Below, in pieces: positions 7,502-16,301 of a stretch of DNA of 24,000 nt. The position numbers and the translations under genes were made by a program. Numbering within the stretch: position 1 is the first letter of the stretch; each line of letters starts with the position of its first letter. The DNA is from an uncultured bacterium. GTDB lineage: Bacteria; Verrucomicrobiota; Lentisphaeria; Victivallales; UBA1829. Location of the stretch: assembly GCA_949292215.1 (NCBI GenBank), contig CASEYW010000072.1, positions 35,558-59,557 on the forward strand. Direction: 5' to 3'. Below the pieces are notes generated by a model. The model was given only the letters and a program-made list of their open reading frames with translations. It was not told the DNA's origin and searched no databases.

Positions 7502-8812
7502 TCAGCGATACTCCGGCCAGGTGCTCATGCGAACACTGCGCCAGAGGAGTCCGTTTGTGTCAATCTTCTTGCGCTCCTTGGTGGACATCTCGATCGGGAC
7601 GTGAGTAAAGGAATCGCTCCAATGCCCGACGACCATATCCGTACATCCCATCATCGCCGCATGCACGGCGTTCTGAGCGAGCAGGAAACAGAAGACGGCG
7701 TCGGTTCCATTTGCAGGAACCCCGCGGATGGAGTAAGTCGGATCGAAATATTTGATCTGCGCCTCGATTCCTGTTTTTTTCGAATACTCGCGGATTTTGT
7801 CCTTGAGGAACATGCCGATGTTGTGATGAAGAATATTGCCGGATTTATCGGTTTCACGTTCGCCGTCGATCAGATCCTGCCCGGCGCCCTCGGCGACAAT
7901 CACGACTGCGTGATGCCGCGCCTGAAGTCGTTTGAAAAGACTCGGAAGAAATGCGTTTTCGCCCTCCTCCAGCGAGAATTTCTCCTCGGGGATCAGGCAG
8001 TAGTTGACATGCGTGTTTGCAAGCGACGCATATGCTGCAATGAATCCGGAATCGCGTCCCATCACATGGATCAGACCGACTCCGTTCAGCGCACCTTTCG
8101 CCTCGTTGTGCGCAACCGTGATCACGGGAACCGTGGAATAAACGGCGGTTTCGAATCCGAAGGTGCGGTCCATGTAACAGATGTCATTATCAATCGTTTT
8201 CGGGATGCCGATGATGCTGATATTGAGTTCGCGTTTCCGGGCTTCCACAGCGAGATCATGTGCGGCGCGGAGGGTGCCGTCGCCGCCGATGCAGAACAGC
8301 ATGTTGATATCCATGCGGACGAGGGTTTCCAGCATAAGAGTTGTATCCTGCGAACCGCGCGAGGAAGCGAGAATCGTTCCCCCCTGCTCGTGAATATCAT
8401 CCACAACGTTCGGATCCAGAACAATCGGGCGGTGTCCCAGCTTCGGATTCAACCCCGCATAGCCGTAAGGGATCCCGTAAACGACCGGCACGCCATAGTG
8501 TTTCATCAGTGTCAGGGTAATGCCTTTGATCACGTTATTGAGTCCGGGGCAGAGTCCGCCGGCAGTCAGGATCGCCGCCTTGCTCCATGCCGGATCGTGG
8601 AAGATCCGTTTCCGCGGACCGGCCTTTTCGAACGCATAGACTTTGCCGCCGTTCATCTGATAGTCGGCACGCAGACGCGTGAATTCCCGGTCCAGCAGGA
8701 TCTCCGCATCGGGAGGGACAAAACAGGTGTCGGAATCGAGAGGGGTTTCGAAATTACACGGACCGAGTTTTTTTACTGGGAACACGTCCGGAGTGATGAA
8801 GTCGTCTTTCAT
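7502..8812 (-). CDS. pfkA: 6-phosphofructokinase, long (about 440 aa) type; ATP dependence predicted from the GGDG motif
   Basis: Contains TAGGLCPGLNNVI, CIGGDGTLRAA, IPKTIDNDI and HVMGRDSGFIA. A GAGG SD lies upstream of the ATG at 8812. Confidence 0.85.
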   Translation of the reverse strand: MKDDFITPDVFPVKKLGPCNFETPLDSDTCFVPPDAEILLDREFTRLRADYQMNGGKVYAFEKAGPRKRIFHDPAWSKAAILTAGGLCPGLNNVIKGITLTLMKHYGVPVVYGIPYGYAGLNPKLGHRPIVLDPNVVDDIHEQGGTILASSRGSQDTTLMLETLVRMDINMLFCIGGDGTLRAAHDLAVEARKRELNISIIGIPKTIDNDICYMDRTFGFETAVYSTVPVITVAHNEAKGALNGVGLIHVMGRDSGFIAAYASLANTHVNYCLIPEEKFSLEEGENAFLPSLFKRLQARHHAVVIVAEGAGQDLIDGERETDKSGNILHHNIGMFLKDKIREYSKKTGIEAQIKYFDPTYSIRGVPANGTDAVFCFLLAQNAVHAAMMGCTDMVVGHWSDSFTHVPIEMSTKERKKIDTNGLLWRSVRMSTWPEYR

Positions 8813-9614
8813 GATTGGCGCCTCTGGCTTGATATTGGTAGTACGGTTTGGTTTTCAGATTGACGCTGTATTCCAGCACTTCGGGATCGTCCTCCTCCAG
8901 CATAAGGATGCGGGCGACATCGCGGCGAGTCATGAAGCGCCATTCGCCCGGCTTCAGCATTCCGCGCTTGAGATTCCCGATGGCGACACGCTCCAGGCGC
9001 TTTGTATCGTTTCCGAGCGCAGCGACCATCCGGCGGATCTCCCGTTTCTTCCCCTCAGCGAGAACAAGCACGTATTTCCGGGAGCCAATCTGGAAAACTT
9101 CCTCGGCGCTCAGGGATTCGCCGGCATCTTCGATGCCGTCCACCATCTTCCGGAGCTGTTCATCGGTGAAAGGATGTTCCACGGAAAGAGCGTAGGTCTT
9201 CATGATTTCATTGCGGGGGTGCATCAGGCGATCGGCAAATTTGCCGTCGTTCGTAAAAATGATGAGTCCCTCGCTGTCCTTGTCAAGGCGTCCCGCGGAG
9301 AAAAGACGCACGCTCTTCCGCAAATGGATCAGGTCCACCGCTTTTTTCTTTGCGTGAATGTCCTCGTTCGTGCAGACATATCCCCGCGGTTTGTTCAGCA
9401 TGATGTATACATGTTCCGGCGTCTCCTCCAGTTCCGATCCGTTGATGCGGATGCGATCCTTCGGTCCGACAAGGGTTGCCGGGTTGGTCTCGACTTTCCC
9501 GTTGACCGTGACCGCGCCCTGCTTGATCAGTTCCGCCGCCTTGCGCCGGGAAGCCGCCCCGCCGGTGGAAAGACGCTTTGTCAGGTTCATTTCTTCGCTG
9601 TGTTTCTGTTCCAT
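8754..9614 (-). CDS. rluB: 23S rRNA pseudouridine synthase, RsuA/RluB family, with N-terminal S4 domain
   Basis: S4-like N-terminus (RLS..G.ASRR.A.ELI..G.V.VNG) and the catalytic motif AGRLDKDSEGLIIFTNDG. The track ORF extends to a TTG at 9689 inside purB, so the ATG at 9614 (MEQKH...) is preferred. The 3' end overlaps the pfk start by 59 nt. Confidence 0.8.
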   Translation of the reverse strand: MEQKHSEEMNLTKRLSTGGAASRRKAAELIKQGAVTVNGKVETNPATLVGPKDRIRINGSELEETPEHVYIMLNKPRGYVCTNEDIHAKKKAVDLIHLRKSVRLFSAGRLDKDSEGLIIFTNDGKFADRLMHPRNEIMKTYALSVEHPFTDEQLRKMVDGIEDAGESLSAEEVFQIGSRKYVLVLAEGKKREIRRMVAALGNDTKRLERVAIGNLKRGMLKPGEWRFMTRRDVARILMLEEDDPEVLEYSVNLKTKPYYQYQARGANHERRLHHSGRVPSKKTRSV

Positions 9615-9654
9615 CACTGAACCGCCTGTTCTGATTCGAAAGCCGGAAACGGCA

Positions 9655-11097
9655 TTACACGTTGACTGCATCCATCTTGACATTTTCAAAGGATGCGAGA
9701 CGCTCCTTCACAGGACGGAATACGGTTTCAAGGAAATCATCCACCTGCTGCGGGGCGCGTCCGACAAACGATGCCGGAGCAAGGATTTCATGGAACTTCG
9801 GTGCAACTTTCGCAAACAGCGGATCGGCGGCGAGACGGTCAAGCAGATCGTTTTTCGCTCCCTCGGCCTTGACACGCTTTCCGGCTTCCATCGAGTGTTC
9901 GCGGATCGCTTCATGCAGTTCCTGCCGGTTGCCGCCTGCGCGGACCGCCGCCATCAGAATATTTTCCGTTGCCATGAACGGCAGTTCCTGCATAACATGA
10001 CTTTCAATGACTTTCGGCCAGACCTGCATTCCATTCGCCACATTCGCCACAAGAGAGAGAATGATATCGGCAGTCAGAAAGGCCTCGGGCAGAGAGATGC
10101 GCCGGTTGGCGGAATCATCAAGAGTTCGCTCAAACCACTGGACCGAATGAGTCTGCGCCGCATTGAGCGGAAGATTCATCAGATAACGTGAAAGAGAACA
10201 GATGCGTTCCGAACGCATCGGATTGCGCTTGTAAGCCATTGCACTGGAACCGACCTGGTTCTTCTCGAACGGTTCTTCAATCTCCTTCAGATTCGCAAGA
10301 AGGCGGACATCCCCGGCAAACTTGTAGGCGGACTGCGCAATTCCGGATAACGCAGAAAGAACGAAATAGTCGATTTTGCGCGTGTAGGTCTGCCCGCTGA
10401 CCGCAATCGTCTTGTCGAATCCCATTTTATTGGCAACGAGTTTGTCAAGCTGACGGATTTTCTCATGATCGCCGTTAAAAAGCTCCATGAAACTGGCCTG
10501 GGTCCCGGTCGTACCCTTGACTCCGCGCATCGGCAGATTTTTCAGTTCATGCTCCACCCGTTCAATGTCAAAGAGAAAATCCTGAAGATAAAGAGTGAAA
10601 CGCTTTCCAACGGTCGTCAGCTGTGCAGGCTGATAGTGAGTGAAACCAAGCGTCGGCATATTCTTGTATTTTTCCGCGTTTGCGGCAAGAATCTCCGCAA
10701 CCTTGAGGAGCTTTCCGAGAAGAATTTTAAGCCCGTCACGCATCTGAATGAGTTCGGTGTTGTCAGTGACAAAACAACTTGTCGCACCGAGATGGATGAT
10801 CGGCATTGCCGCTGGACACTGGGCACCGAACACATGAATATGACTCATGACATCATGGCGGAGCTGTGCCTCTTTCTCAGCCACGGCTTCAAAGTCAATG
10901 TCATCCAGATGCTGCTTCATCTGATCAATCTGTTCCTGCGTAATATTGAGTCCGAGCTCCTTTTCGGATTCCGCAAGAGCAACCCAGAGTCTTCTCCAGG
11001 TGGAGTGTTTGCGCTGAGGGGACCAGTTGAAACTCATTTCCGCGCTGGCGTAACGATCCGTCAGCGGACTCTTATAGGTACTGTTGTTGCCGTTCAT
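9655..11097 (-). CDS. purB: Adenylosuccinate lyase
   Basis: Contains [13 protein letters not shown], the fumarate-lyase signature [12 protein letters not shown] and the long PurB-type C-terminus. The ATG at 11097 has a GGAG SD about 8 nt upstream; the track ORF start at 11148 is less likely. Confidence 0.95.
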   Translation of the reverse strand: MNGNNSTYKSPLTDRYASAEMSFNWSPQRKHSTWRRLWVALAESEKELGLNITQEQIDQMKQHLDDIDFEAVAEKEAQLRHDVMSHIHVFGAQCPAAMPIIHLGATSCFVTDNTELIQMRDGLKILLGKLLKVAEILAANAEKYKNMPTLGFTHYQPAQLTTVGKRFTLYLQDFLFDIERVEHELKNLPMRGVKGTTGTQASFMELFNGDHEKIRQLDKLVANKMGFDKTIAVSGQTYTRKIDYFVLSALSGIAQSAYKFAGDVRLLANLKEIEEPFEKNQVGSSAMAYKRNPMRSERICSLSRYLMNLPLNAAQTHSVQWFERTLDDSANRRISLPEAFLTADIILSLVANVANGMQVWPKVIESHVMQELPFMATENILMAAVRAGGNRQELHEAIREHSMEAGKRVKAEGAKNDLLDRLAADPLFAKVAPKFHEILAPASFVGRAPQQVDDFLETVFRPVKERLASFENVKMDAVNV

Positions 11098-11138
11098 TGA
11101 ATCTTCTCCTCGGATTTCTGATGTTTTGTCAAGCGTGT

Positions 11139-11167
11139 AATATATCACACGGAGAAGAAAATTTCAA
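11139..11167 (-). promoter_or_regulatory. Sigma70-type promoter for purB: TTGAAA, 17-nt spacer ending in TGa (extended -10), TATATT
   Basis: On the minus strand: TTGAAA (11167..11162), a 17-nt spacer whose last three bases are TGA, then TATATT (11144..11139). This is the same architecture as the arnC promoter. Confidence 0.6.
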
Positions 11168-11203
11168 TGCAGACCCGCTGTGCTTTCCCTGCACGGACAG
11201 GAG

Positions 11204-11232
11204 AAAAAAACAGCATCCGGGCCTCAGGATGC
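11204..11232 (-). terminator. Rho-independent terminator after the small ORF
   Basis: Minus strand: GCATCC, loop tgaggccc, GGATGC, then tg and TTTTTTT. The hairpin loop contains the TGA stop of the small ORF (11224..11226). Confidence 0.55.
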
Positions 11233-11409
11233 CATCTCCTCCCGAGCGCCAGGCAGCAGGAGTTCCGGAACAACCCGGATCACCTCCGCAGGAAGGGATT
11301 CCGGCAATGCGGATTCCCGTTCCGGCTCCGGAAACGTCAGTTCAAGGTCATAACCGTATGCAGCGGCAAATTTCTTCAGCTCGCTGATTTCTTCTTTCGA
11401 GTAAAACAC
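11224..11409 (-). CDS. Small hypothetical protein (61 aa from the GTG at 11409; 65 aa from the ATG at 11421)
   Basis: The 9-nt stretch GGAGGTGAT (11419..11411) fully matches the canonical Shine-Dalgarno consensus. Its GGAGG core lies 5 nt upstream of the GTG at 11409. The ORF has its own terminator immediately after the stop and is separated from the upstream operon by another terminator. I recognise no family. Confidence 0.5.
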   Translation of the reverse strand: MFYSKEEISELKKFAAAYGYDLELTFPEPERESALPESLPAEVIRVVPELLLPGAREEMAS

Positions 11410-11490
11410 AATCACCTCCATCTTTCAGGTTTGGAGAATACGATATCACCCGAAGATTACCACAGGATTACAGCAGTATTTCCTTTTTGT

Positions 11491-11516
11491 AAAAAAAAAC
11501 CATCCGATATGGATGG
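11491..11516 (-). terminator. Rho-independent terminator ending the accBC-asp23-amaP transcription unit
   Basis: Minus strand: CCATCC, loop atatc, GGATGG, then T9 (plus-strand A-run 11491..11499). A weaker AAAACGG/CCGTTTT hairpin overlaps the amaP stop at about 11536..11552. Confidence 0.6.
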
Positions 11517-11549
11517 TAAAAGAAAACAGACTGGAAAAAACGGACCGTT

Positions 11550-12041
11550 TTAAAAAGTCGTCCGAACAGGTTTCCCGCGGGCCAGCACAACATCCACCCG
11601 GGAGACAGTTGCAATTCCGAAGACACTCTTCAGCGACTCCAGAACCTTTGCCTGCAAAGCCTCAATCATCGCCTGCATGTTATGGGAAGAGGGGCCGAGC
11701 TGACAAATTAAATTCAATTCGATGACAAGACTCTTTTTCCGTTCCACAAGGGCAACCCTGCGGATGACAATTCCATCGAAGTCCGCATCCAGCGATTTCA
11801 CCAGATCGGAAATGGAACGCACAGAAATGAAAATGGATCCATTGGAGGAGGGAAGCACCACTCCCTTCAAAGCTCTGCGGTGCGAAATGATCAGCCAGAG
11901 CAGCATACAGCAGAACAGGAGAAGCGCCAGAGTCAGAACTCCGGTCACATACCCTTCATGCCAGGCGGAAGGCTCCGCCGGGGAAAAGAGAGAAAGGATA
12001 CGATCCAGAAACGCCTTGCTGCTTTGTCTGAACTGTTCCAT
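11550..12041 (-). CDS. amaP: Alkaline shock response membrane anchor protein AmaP-like
   Basis: Single N-proximal TM segment (VTGVLTLALLLFCCMLLWLIISH) followed by a soluble domain of about 110 aa, directly downstream of Asp23 genes as in characterised asp23 loci. The ATG at 12041 lies 1 nt after the upstream TGA (coupled). An alternative ATG at 12089 would overlap the upstream gene by 47 nt. Confidence 0.6.
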   Translation of the reverse strand: MEQFRQSSKAFLDRILSLFSPAEPSAWHEGYVTGVLTLALLLFCCMLLWLIISHRRALKGVVLPSSNGSIFISVRSISDLVKSLDADFDGIVIRRVALVERKKSLVIELNLICQLGPSSHNMQAMIEALQAKVLESLKSVFGIATVSRVDVVLARGKPVRTTF

Positions 12042-12042
12042 C

Positions 12043-12438
12043 TCAGATTCCGTCCTGCTGAACGTCTTCCAGATCCATGACAACGACATTGACGCGCGCC
12101 ACCGCCATTCCGGTCAGTTTGACAATCTCCGCGGCGACGGACTCCTTGACTTCTTTCGCAACTTCCGGAATCAGCACGCCGTATTCCAGCACAACCCGGA
12201 CTTCCACGGCGACGGAACTGTCGTTCATCTCAACGGAAATGGCACGTCCTTGAATCTTCTTGCTGCCGACAATCTCCGCCAGATTATCCACCAGACTTCC
12301 ACCGGCAAGGCGAATCACGCCTTCCACCTCCAAAGTGGCCTTTCTTACAATCGATGCAATCACAGATTCATGGACTTTCACCATTCCCACTGAATTTTCC
12401 TGCGATTTCACAGATTTGACTTTTTTCACCGCTGCCAT
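12043..12438 (-). CDS. Asp23/Gls24 family envelope stress protein (paralog 2)
   Basis: 131 aa. V.V.E.VIA.IV..A...V.GV..L....LVDN.AE.VG.K....... is typical of Asp23. It is roughly half identical by eye to the adjacent paralog. Confidence 0.85.
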   Translation of the reverse strand: MAAVKKVKSVKSQENSVGMVKVHESVIASIVRKATLEVEGVIRLAGGSLVDNLAEIVGSKKIQGRAISVEMNDSSVAVEVRVVLEYGVLIPEVAKEVKESVAAEIVKLTGMAVARVNVVVMDLEDVQQDGI

Positions 12439-12447
12439 GTCAACCCC

Positions 12448-12843
12448 TTATTCTTCGCTTTCATCCGCCGGTTCTTCGATTTCCCGGACAACAATGTTGA
12501 TTTTCACGACTTTGAGTCCTGTCAGTTTTGTAATCTCGTTCGCCACAGCTTCCTGAACGGCCGCCGCAACTTTCGGCAGCGAAACCCCGTACAGCAGATT
12601 GATGGAAACCTCCACCGAAACCGAGGATTCCCCCATATCAACAATAATGGAACGGTCGTGCATTTTCTTGCTCCCGACCATCTCCGCAATATTATCCACA
12701 AAACTGCTGCCGGAAATTTTGGAGACGCCTTCGACGGAGCAGGCAATCCGCCGTACAATCGTGGCAATCACATTTTCATGAATTTTTACCACTCCCGGCA
12801 CTCCGGATACTCCGTGTTCCCCGTTGTCGAATTCCTTATTCAT
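12448..12843 (-). CDS. Asp23/Gls24 family envelope stress protein (paralog 1)
   Basis: 131 aa with the Asp23 domain pattern (VKIHENVIATIVRRIACSVEGV...FVDNIAEMVGSKK). A GGAGA SD lies upstream. It is separated from paralog 2 by 9 nt. Confidence 0.85.
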   Translation of the reverse strand: MNKEFDNGEHGVSGVPGVVKIHENVIATIVRRIACSVEGVSKISGSSFVDNIAEMVGSKKMHDRSIIVDMGESSVSVEVSINLLYGVSLPKVAAAVQEAVANEITKLTGLKVVKINIVVREIEEPADESEE

Positions 12844-12883
12844 GATCAGTCTCCGGTTTTCCGTTACGATCTTTCAAGACCGT

Positions 12884-14257
12884 TTACTTTTTCTCCATTG
12901 TCTTTTCGAAACTGCCGCTCTTCATGACCCGCTCAATGAAACCGGTATCATAACGGCCCTCGTTGAATTCCTTTGTCCCGGTGATGAAGAGCTCAAACGG
13001 GATTGTTGTCGCAATGCCTTCAATGACATACTCTTCCAGAGCACGACGCATTCTGGCAACGGCTTCCGCGCGGGTATCTCCATGCACAATCAGTTTGGCA
13101 ATCATGCTGTCGTAATACGGAGGAATCCGATAACCGGTATAAGCATGGGAATCCACGCGCACACCGAATCCGCCCGGTGCCGAATAAAAATTGATCTTGC
13201 CCGGACACGGCGCAAAATTACGATACGGGTCCTCGGCGTTGATGCGGCATTCAATCGCATGTCCCTTCTGGGAAACCTGCTTCTGGGTATATTGAAGTTT
13301 GAGGCCCGCGGCAATCCGGATCTGCTCCTTGATGATGTCGATCCCCGTCACGAGTTCAGAGACAGGATGCTCCACCTGAACACGGGTATTCATCTCCATG
13401 AAATAGAACTGCTCCTTCGGACCGAGCAGGAATTCAATGGTCCCGGCGCTGACATATTTTACCGCTTTGGCAGCTTTCACCGCGGCGTCGCCCAGCTTTT
13501 TGCGAAGTGCAGGAGAGATCGACGGAGAAGGCGATTCCTCAATCAGTTTCTGATGACGTCTCTGCATGCTGCAATCCCGTTCGCCAAGCTGGATGACATT
13601 ACCGAAAGTATCCGCAAGAATCTGAACCTCAATGTGTTTCGGGTTCTCAATAAACTTTTCAATGTAGACATCCCCATTCCCGAAAGCCTTTTCCGCCTCC
13701 GTTTTTGCGGAATGGAATCCCTGAATCAGGCTGGCGTCATTGTGGGCGATCCTCATGCCGCGTCCACCGCCGCCGGCAGATGCCTTGATGATGACCGGAT
13801 ACTCCAGCTTCCTTGCAATCACCAGGGCCTCCTCCTCGGTTTCGATGACCCCGCCCGAACCCGGTGTGATAGGCACTCCGGCTTTGCGCATCGTTTCACG
13901 GGCGCATGCTTTGTCGCCCATGGCGCGCATCTGCTCCGGAGAAGGACCGATAAATGTGATGTTGCAGCTTTTGCAGATTTCCGCAAAATGGACATTCTCG
14001 GCAAGAAAACCGTATCCCGGATGGATCGCGTCGACATCGCAGATTTCGGCGACGCTGATGATCCGGTCGATCAGCAGATAACTCTCATTGGACTGCGCAG
14101 GACCGATACAGACGGCCTGATCTGCAAATTTCACCGGCAGACTGTCCTCATCAGCCTTGGAGTAAACGAGAACGGATTTGATGCCGAGCTCCTTGCACGC
14201 CCGAATAATACGAAGCGCGATTTCGCCGCGGTTTGCGATAAGCACCTTGTTGAACAT
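12884..14257 (-). CDS. accC: Acetyl-CoA carboxylase, biotin carboxylase subunit
   Basis: Contains [20 protein letters not shown], the ATP-grasp motifs GGGGRGMR and EMNTR.QVEHPV, and is about 457 aa long. The ATG at 14257 has a GGAG SD; the track ORF extension to 14386 overlaps accB and is rejected. Confidence 0.97.
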   Translation of the reverse strand: MFNKVLIANRGEIALRIIRACKELGIKSVLVYSKADEDSLPVKFADQAVCIGPAQSNESYLLIDRIISVAEICDVDAIHPGYGFLAENVHFAEICKSCNITFIGPSPEQMRAMGDKACARETMRKAGVPITPGSGGVIETEEEALVIARKLEYPVIIKASAGGGGRGMRIAHNDASLIQGFHSAKTEAEKAFGNGDVYIEKFIENPKHIEVQILADTFGNVIQLGERDCSMQRRHQKLIEESPSPSISPALRKKLGDAAVKAAKAVKYVSAGTIEFLLGPKEQFYFMEMNTRVQVEHPVSELVTGIDIIKEQIRIAAGLKLQYTQKQVSQKGHAIECRINAEDPYRNFAPCPGKINFYSAPGGFGVRVDSHAYTGYRIPPYYDSMIAKLIVHGDTRAEAVARMRRALEEYVIEGIATTIPFELFITGTKEFNEGRYDTGFIERVMKSGSFEKTMEKK

Positions 14258-14288
14258 AAAAAAACTCCGGTTTAAGACGGTATCGGGA

Positions 14289-14768
14289 TTATTCAAGAGT
14301 GAACAGAGGCTGTCCGAACTCGACCGGCTGTCCGTTTTCCACAAGCACCTCTTTGATGACGCCGGACTTCTCCGCCTTGATTTCATTCATGACCTTCATA
14401 GCCTCAATGATGCAGACGGTCGTATCGGGTTCAACCTTCATTCCGGGTTTGACGAACGCCTCCATGCCGGGTGCGGATGAGCGATAGAAAGTACCGACAA
14501 TCGGAGAATCAATGGTCTGCCCGGGTTTGGCCGGTTCCGCGGAAGCGGAAGGCGCAGGTGCAGCAGCAGGTGCAGCAGCAGGTGCAGGAGCCGCCGGCAC
14601 AGCGGCAGGTGCAGCAACAACGGGAGAAAGGGTCTGTGCAATGATCGGATTTGCGTTCTGACCGCCTCTTTTGATGCAGAGGTGCATATCCTCCGCTTCG
14701 ATCTTGAACTCGGTCAGATCATTCTCCGACATCAGTTTCACAATGGTTTTGATTTCCTCGATTTTCAT
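14289..14768 (-). CDS. accB: Acetyl-CoA carboxylase, biotin carboxyl carrier protein
   Basis: Contains an Ala/Pro-rich linker and the C-terminal biotinyl domain with EAMKVMNEI (the biotin-attachment Lys). Confidence 0.95.
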   Translation of the reverse strand: MKIEEIKTIVKLMSENDLTEFKIEAEDMHLCIKRGGQNANPIIAQTLSPVVAAPAAVPAAPAPAAAPAAAPAPSASAEPAKPGQTIDSPIVGTFYRSSAPGMEAFVKPGMKVEPDTTVCIIEAMKVMNEIKAEKSGVIKEVLVENGQPVEFGQPLFTLE

Positions 14769-14832
14769 CTTTTTTCAGCCTCTCGCTTTCGAATCCTTCC
14801 GTATGAGGGCACGCCATCTCTGCCGGCGGCGC

Positions 14833-15288
14833 TCAGCGCGGATTCTCTTTGTTGCATCCGATACGGCGGACCAGTGCACGGAACGCCCATTCATATCCGT
14901 CCGCACCCAGCCCCACGACTTGTCCCACGCAGACAGGAGCCGTAATGGAATGATTCCGGAACTCCTCCCGCGTGTGAATATTGCTTATATGAACTTCGAT
15001 CGCCGGCAGCTTCACCGCCTCCAGCGCATCGCGGACGGCAACACTGGTGTGCGTGTATGCCGCCGGATTGATTACAATGCCATCGGTTCCATTGAAAAGA
15101 GTTTCACCGATTCTGTCAACCAGAGCACCTTCACTGTTGCTCTGGAAAAATTCAACCTCAACCTTCAGCTCTTCCGCCACCTCGCGAAGACGCGACTCAA
15201 TCTCCGCCAATGTGCGGGTTCCATACACCTCGGTCTTGCGCCGACCGAGCAGATGAAGATTCGGACCGTTGATCACTAACACTTTCAT
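14833..15288 (-). CDS. aroQ: Type II 3-dehydroquinate dehydratase
   Basis: 151 aa: [16 protein letters not shown]....[29 protein letters not shown]. The track ORF extension to 16131 runs antisense to ttcA and is rejected. Confidence 0.95.
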   Translation of the reverse strand: MKVLVINGPNLHLLGRRKTEVYGTRTLAEIESRLREVAEELKVEVEFFQSNSEGALVDRIGETLFNGTDGIVINPAAYTHTSVAVRDALEAVKLPAIEVHISNIHTREEFRNHSITAPVCVGQVVGLGADGYEWAFRALVRRIGCNKENPR

Positions 15289-15295
15289 AACAGAT

Positions 15296-15304
15296 AATAT
15301 ACCA
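15296..15304 (-). promoter_or_regulatory. Extended -10 element (TGgTATATT) 7 nt upstream of the aroQ ATG
   Basis: Minus strand: TGG TATATT, then atctgtt, then ATG. There is no SD between the element and the start codon. The -35 region is poor (TTGCGT with a 17-nt spacer). Confidence 0.4.
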
Positions 15305-15353
15305 GTCCTTTTCGACAAACGCAAATTTTTTTTGCATTTCAAGCAAACCTTCT

Positions 15354-15382
15354 TTGATTTTCCCCTCTTTCCGCTGTATTTT
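15354..15382 (+). promoter_or_regulatory. Candidate sigma70 promoter for ttcA: TTGATT-N17-TATTTT
   Basis: TTGATT at 15354..15359, a 17-nt spacer, then TATTTT at 15377..15382, upstream of both candidate ttcA starts. Confidence 0.4.
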
Positions 15383-15438
15383 TCCCGCATTTCCGGAGCA
15401 GTTTCTGAAATATGAAAATAAAAATCATCGGAGACAGC

Positions 15439-16191
15439 ATGACAAAAACATTCCAGAAAATCTGCCGTCTGGCAGGAGCCGCCATCGCGGATTACAATAT
15501 GATCCGGGAGGGAGATTCCATTCTGATCGGCGTTTCCGGCGGCAAAGACAGCATGCTGCTCCTGCATCTTCTCCACTATTTCCGCGCAAAAGCACCAGTC
15601 CGATTCGAATTGAAAGCGGCAACCTTTGATCCCGGATTCGAGGGGTTCGACGCCGAAAGTACCGCTGAAGCCTGCCGTGCGCTGAAAATCGAACATCACA
15701 TGATCCGACTCCGGGTCCGGGAAGTCATCGAGCGAACCGGAACAGTACACAAACCGTGTGTTGTCTGTTCCCGTCTCCGGCGCGGCAAACTCTACGGGCT
15801 CGCACGGGAACTGGGGTGCGGCAAACTCGCTCTCGGACAGCATCTCGACGATATTGCAGTCTCTTTCCTGATCAGCTGCTGCCGCGGCGGAGGACTCACC
15901 ACCATGGGGCCGAACGTAACATCGGAAGACAATTCCATCCGGGTCATCCGTCCCCTGGCATACGTTGAAGAGAAGCTGACGGCAGAGGCAGCAAGGGAGC
16001 TTGGAATTCTCCCCCGCGGCGCATGTATCTATCAAAAACAGCTTGAGGAAAATGGGGACCGCGCTTATTTCAAACGCAAACTCCGGGAAATGGAACAGGA
16101 AATCCCTGATCTTCTTCAGAACATGCGTCACTCGCTGTCGGATCTCCGGCCGGGTTATCTTCTCGACCGGCGCTTTCTGAATCTGCCGTAA
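15439..16191 (+). CDS. ttcA: tRNA 2-thiocytidine(32) synthetase TtcA family (PP-loop ATPase)
   Basis: [20 protein letters not shown] (PP-loop) aligns by eye with the E. coli TtcA N-terminus. It has [10 protein letters not shown] plus a third Cys (GACIYQ). The ATG at 15439 has GGAGA 5 nt upstream; the alternative ATG at 15412 is in the same frame. Confidence 0.85.
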   Translation: MTKTFQKICRLAGAAIADYNMIREGDSILIGVSGGKDSMLLLHLLHYFRAKAPVRFELKAATFDPGFEGFDAESTAEACRALKIEHHMIRLRVREVIERTGTVHKPCVVCSRLRRGKLYGLARELGCGKLALGQHLDDIAVSFLISCCRGGGLTTMGPNVTSEDNSIRVIRPLAYVEEKLTAEAARELGILPRGACIYQKQLEENGDRAYFKRKLREMEQEIPDLLQNMRHSLSDLRPGYLLDRRFLNLP

Positions 16192-16209
16192 CCGGCGGAA
16201 CCCGCTCCG

Positions 16210-16248
16210 AAAAGAAAAACCGGCACGAAAGCGGAACTTTCGTGCCGG
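16210..16248. terminator. Strong hairpin terminator between convergent ttcA and the esterase gene
   Basis: 12-bp perfect stem CCGGCACGAAAG / CTTTCGTGCCGG (16220..16231 and 16237..16248) with loop cggaa. The A-rich run 16210..16219 supplies the U-tract for the minus-strand transcript. The plus-strand side has only a weak T-run. Confidence 0.75.
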
Positions 16249-16301
16249 GATGTTGAATTCCTCCGATACGGAAAAAACAGATCAGCATCGGAAATGGATC
16301 A

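Noticed and set aside
7601-8863. 420-aa plus-strand ORF
   Set aside because: It is antisense to the phosphofructokinase gene, whose motifs (GGDG, PKTIDND, MGR) are unambiguous.
12824-14275. 483-aa plus-strand ORF
   Set aside because: It is antisense to accC, which has textbook biotin carboxylase motifs. The translation is Arg/His/Leu-rich with no domain features and no SD.
14540-14630. Tandem-looking GCAGGTGCAGCA repeats, a possible VNTR or array
   Set aside because: They lie in frame within accB and encode the Ala/Pro-rich flexible linker ([15 protein letters not shown]) found in all long-form BCCPs. There is no spacer/repeat organisation.
14780-14800. TTCGAATCC, a tRNA T-loop-like motif in the aroQ-accB gap
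   Set aside because: The intergenic gap is only 64 nt, the flanking bases cannot form a T-stem, and there is no acceptor or anticodon arm. It is not a tRNA.
15289-16131. N-terminal extension that turns aroQ into a 432-aa ORF
   Set aside because: The extension runs antisense through ttcA and the divergent promoter region. AroQ homology begins exactly at the ATG at 15288, giving the normal family size of 151 aa.
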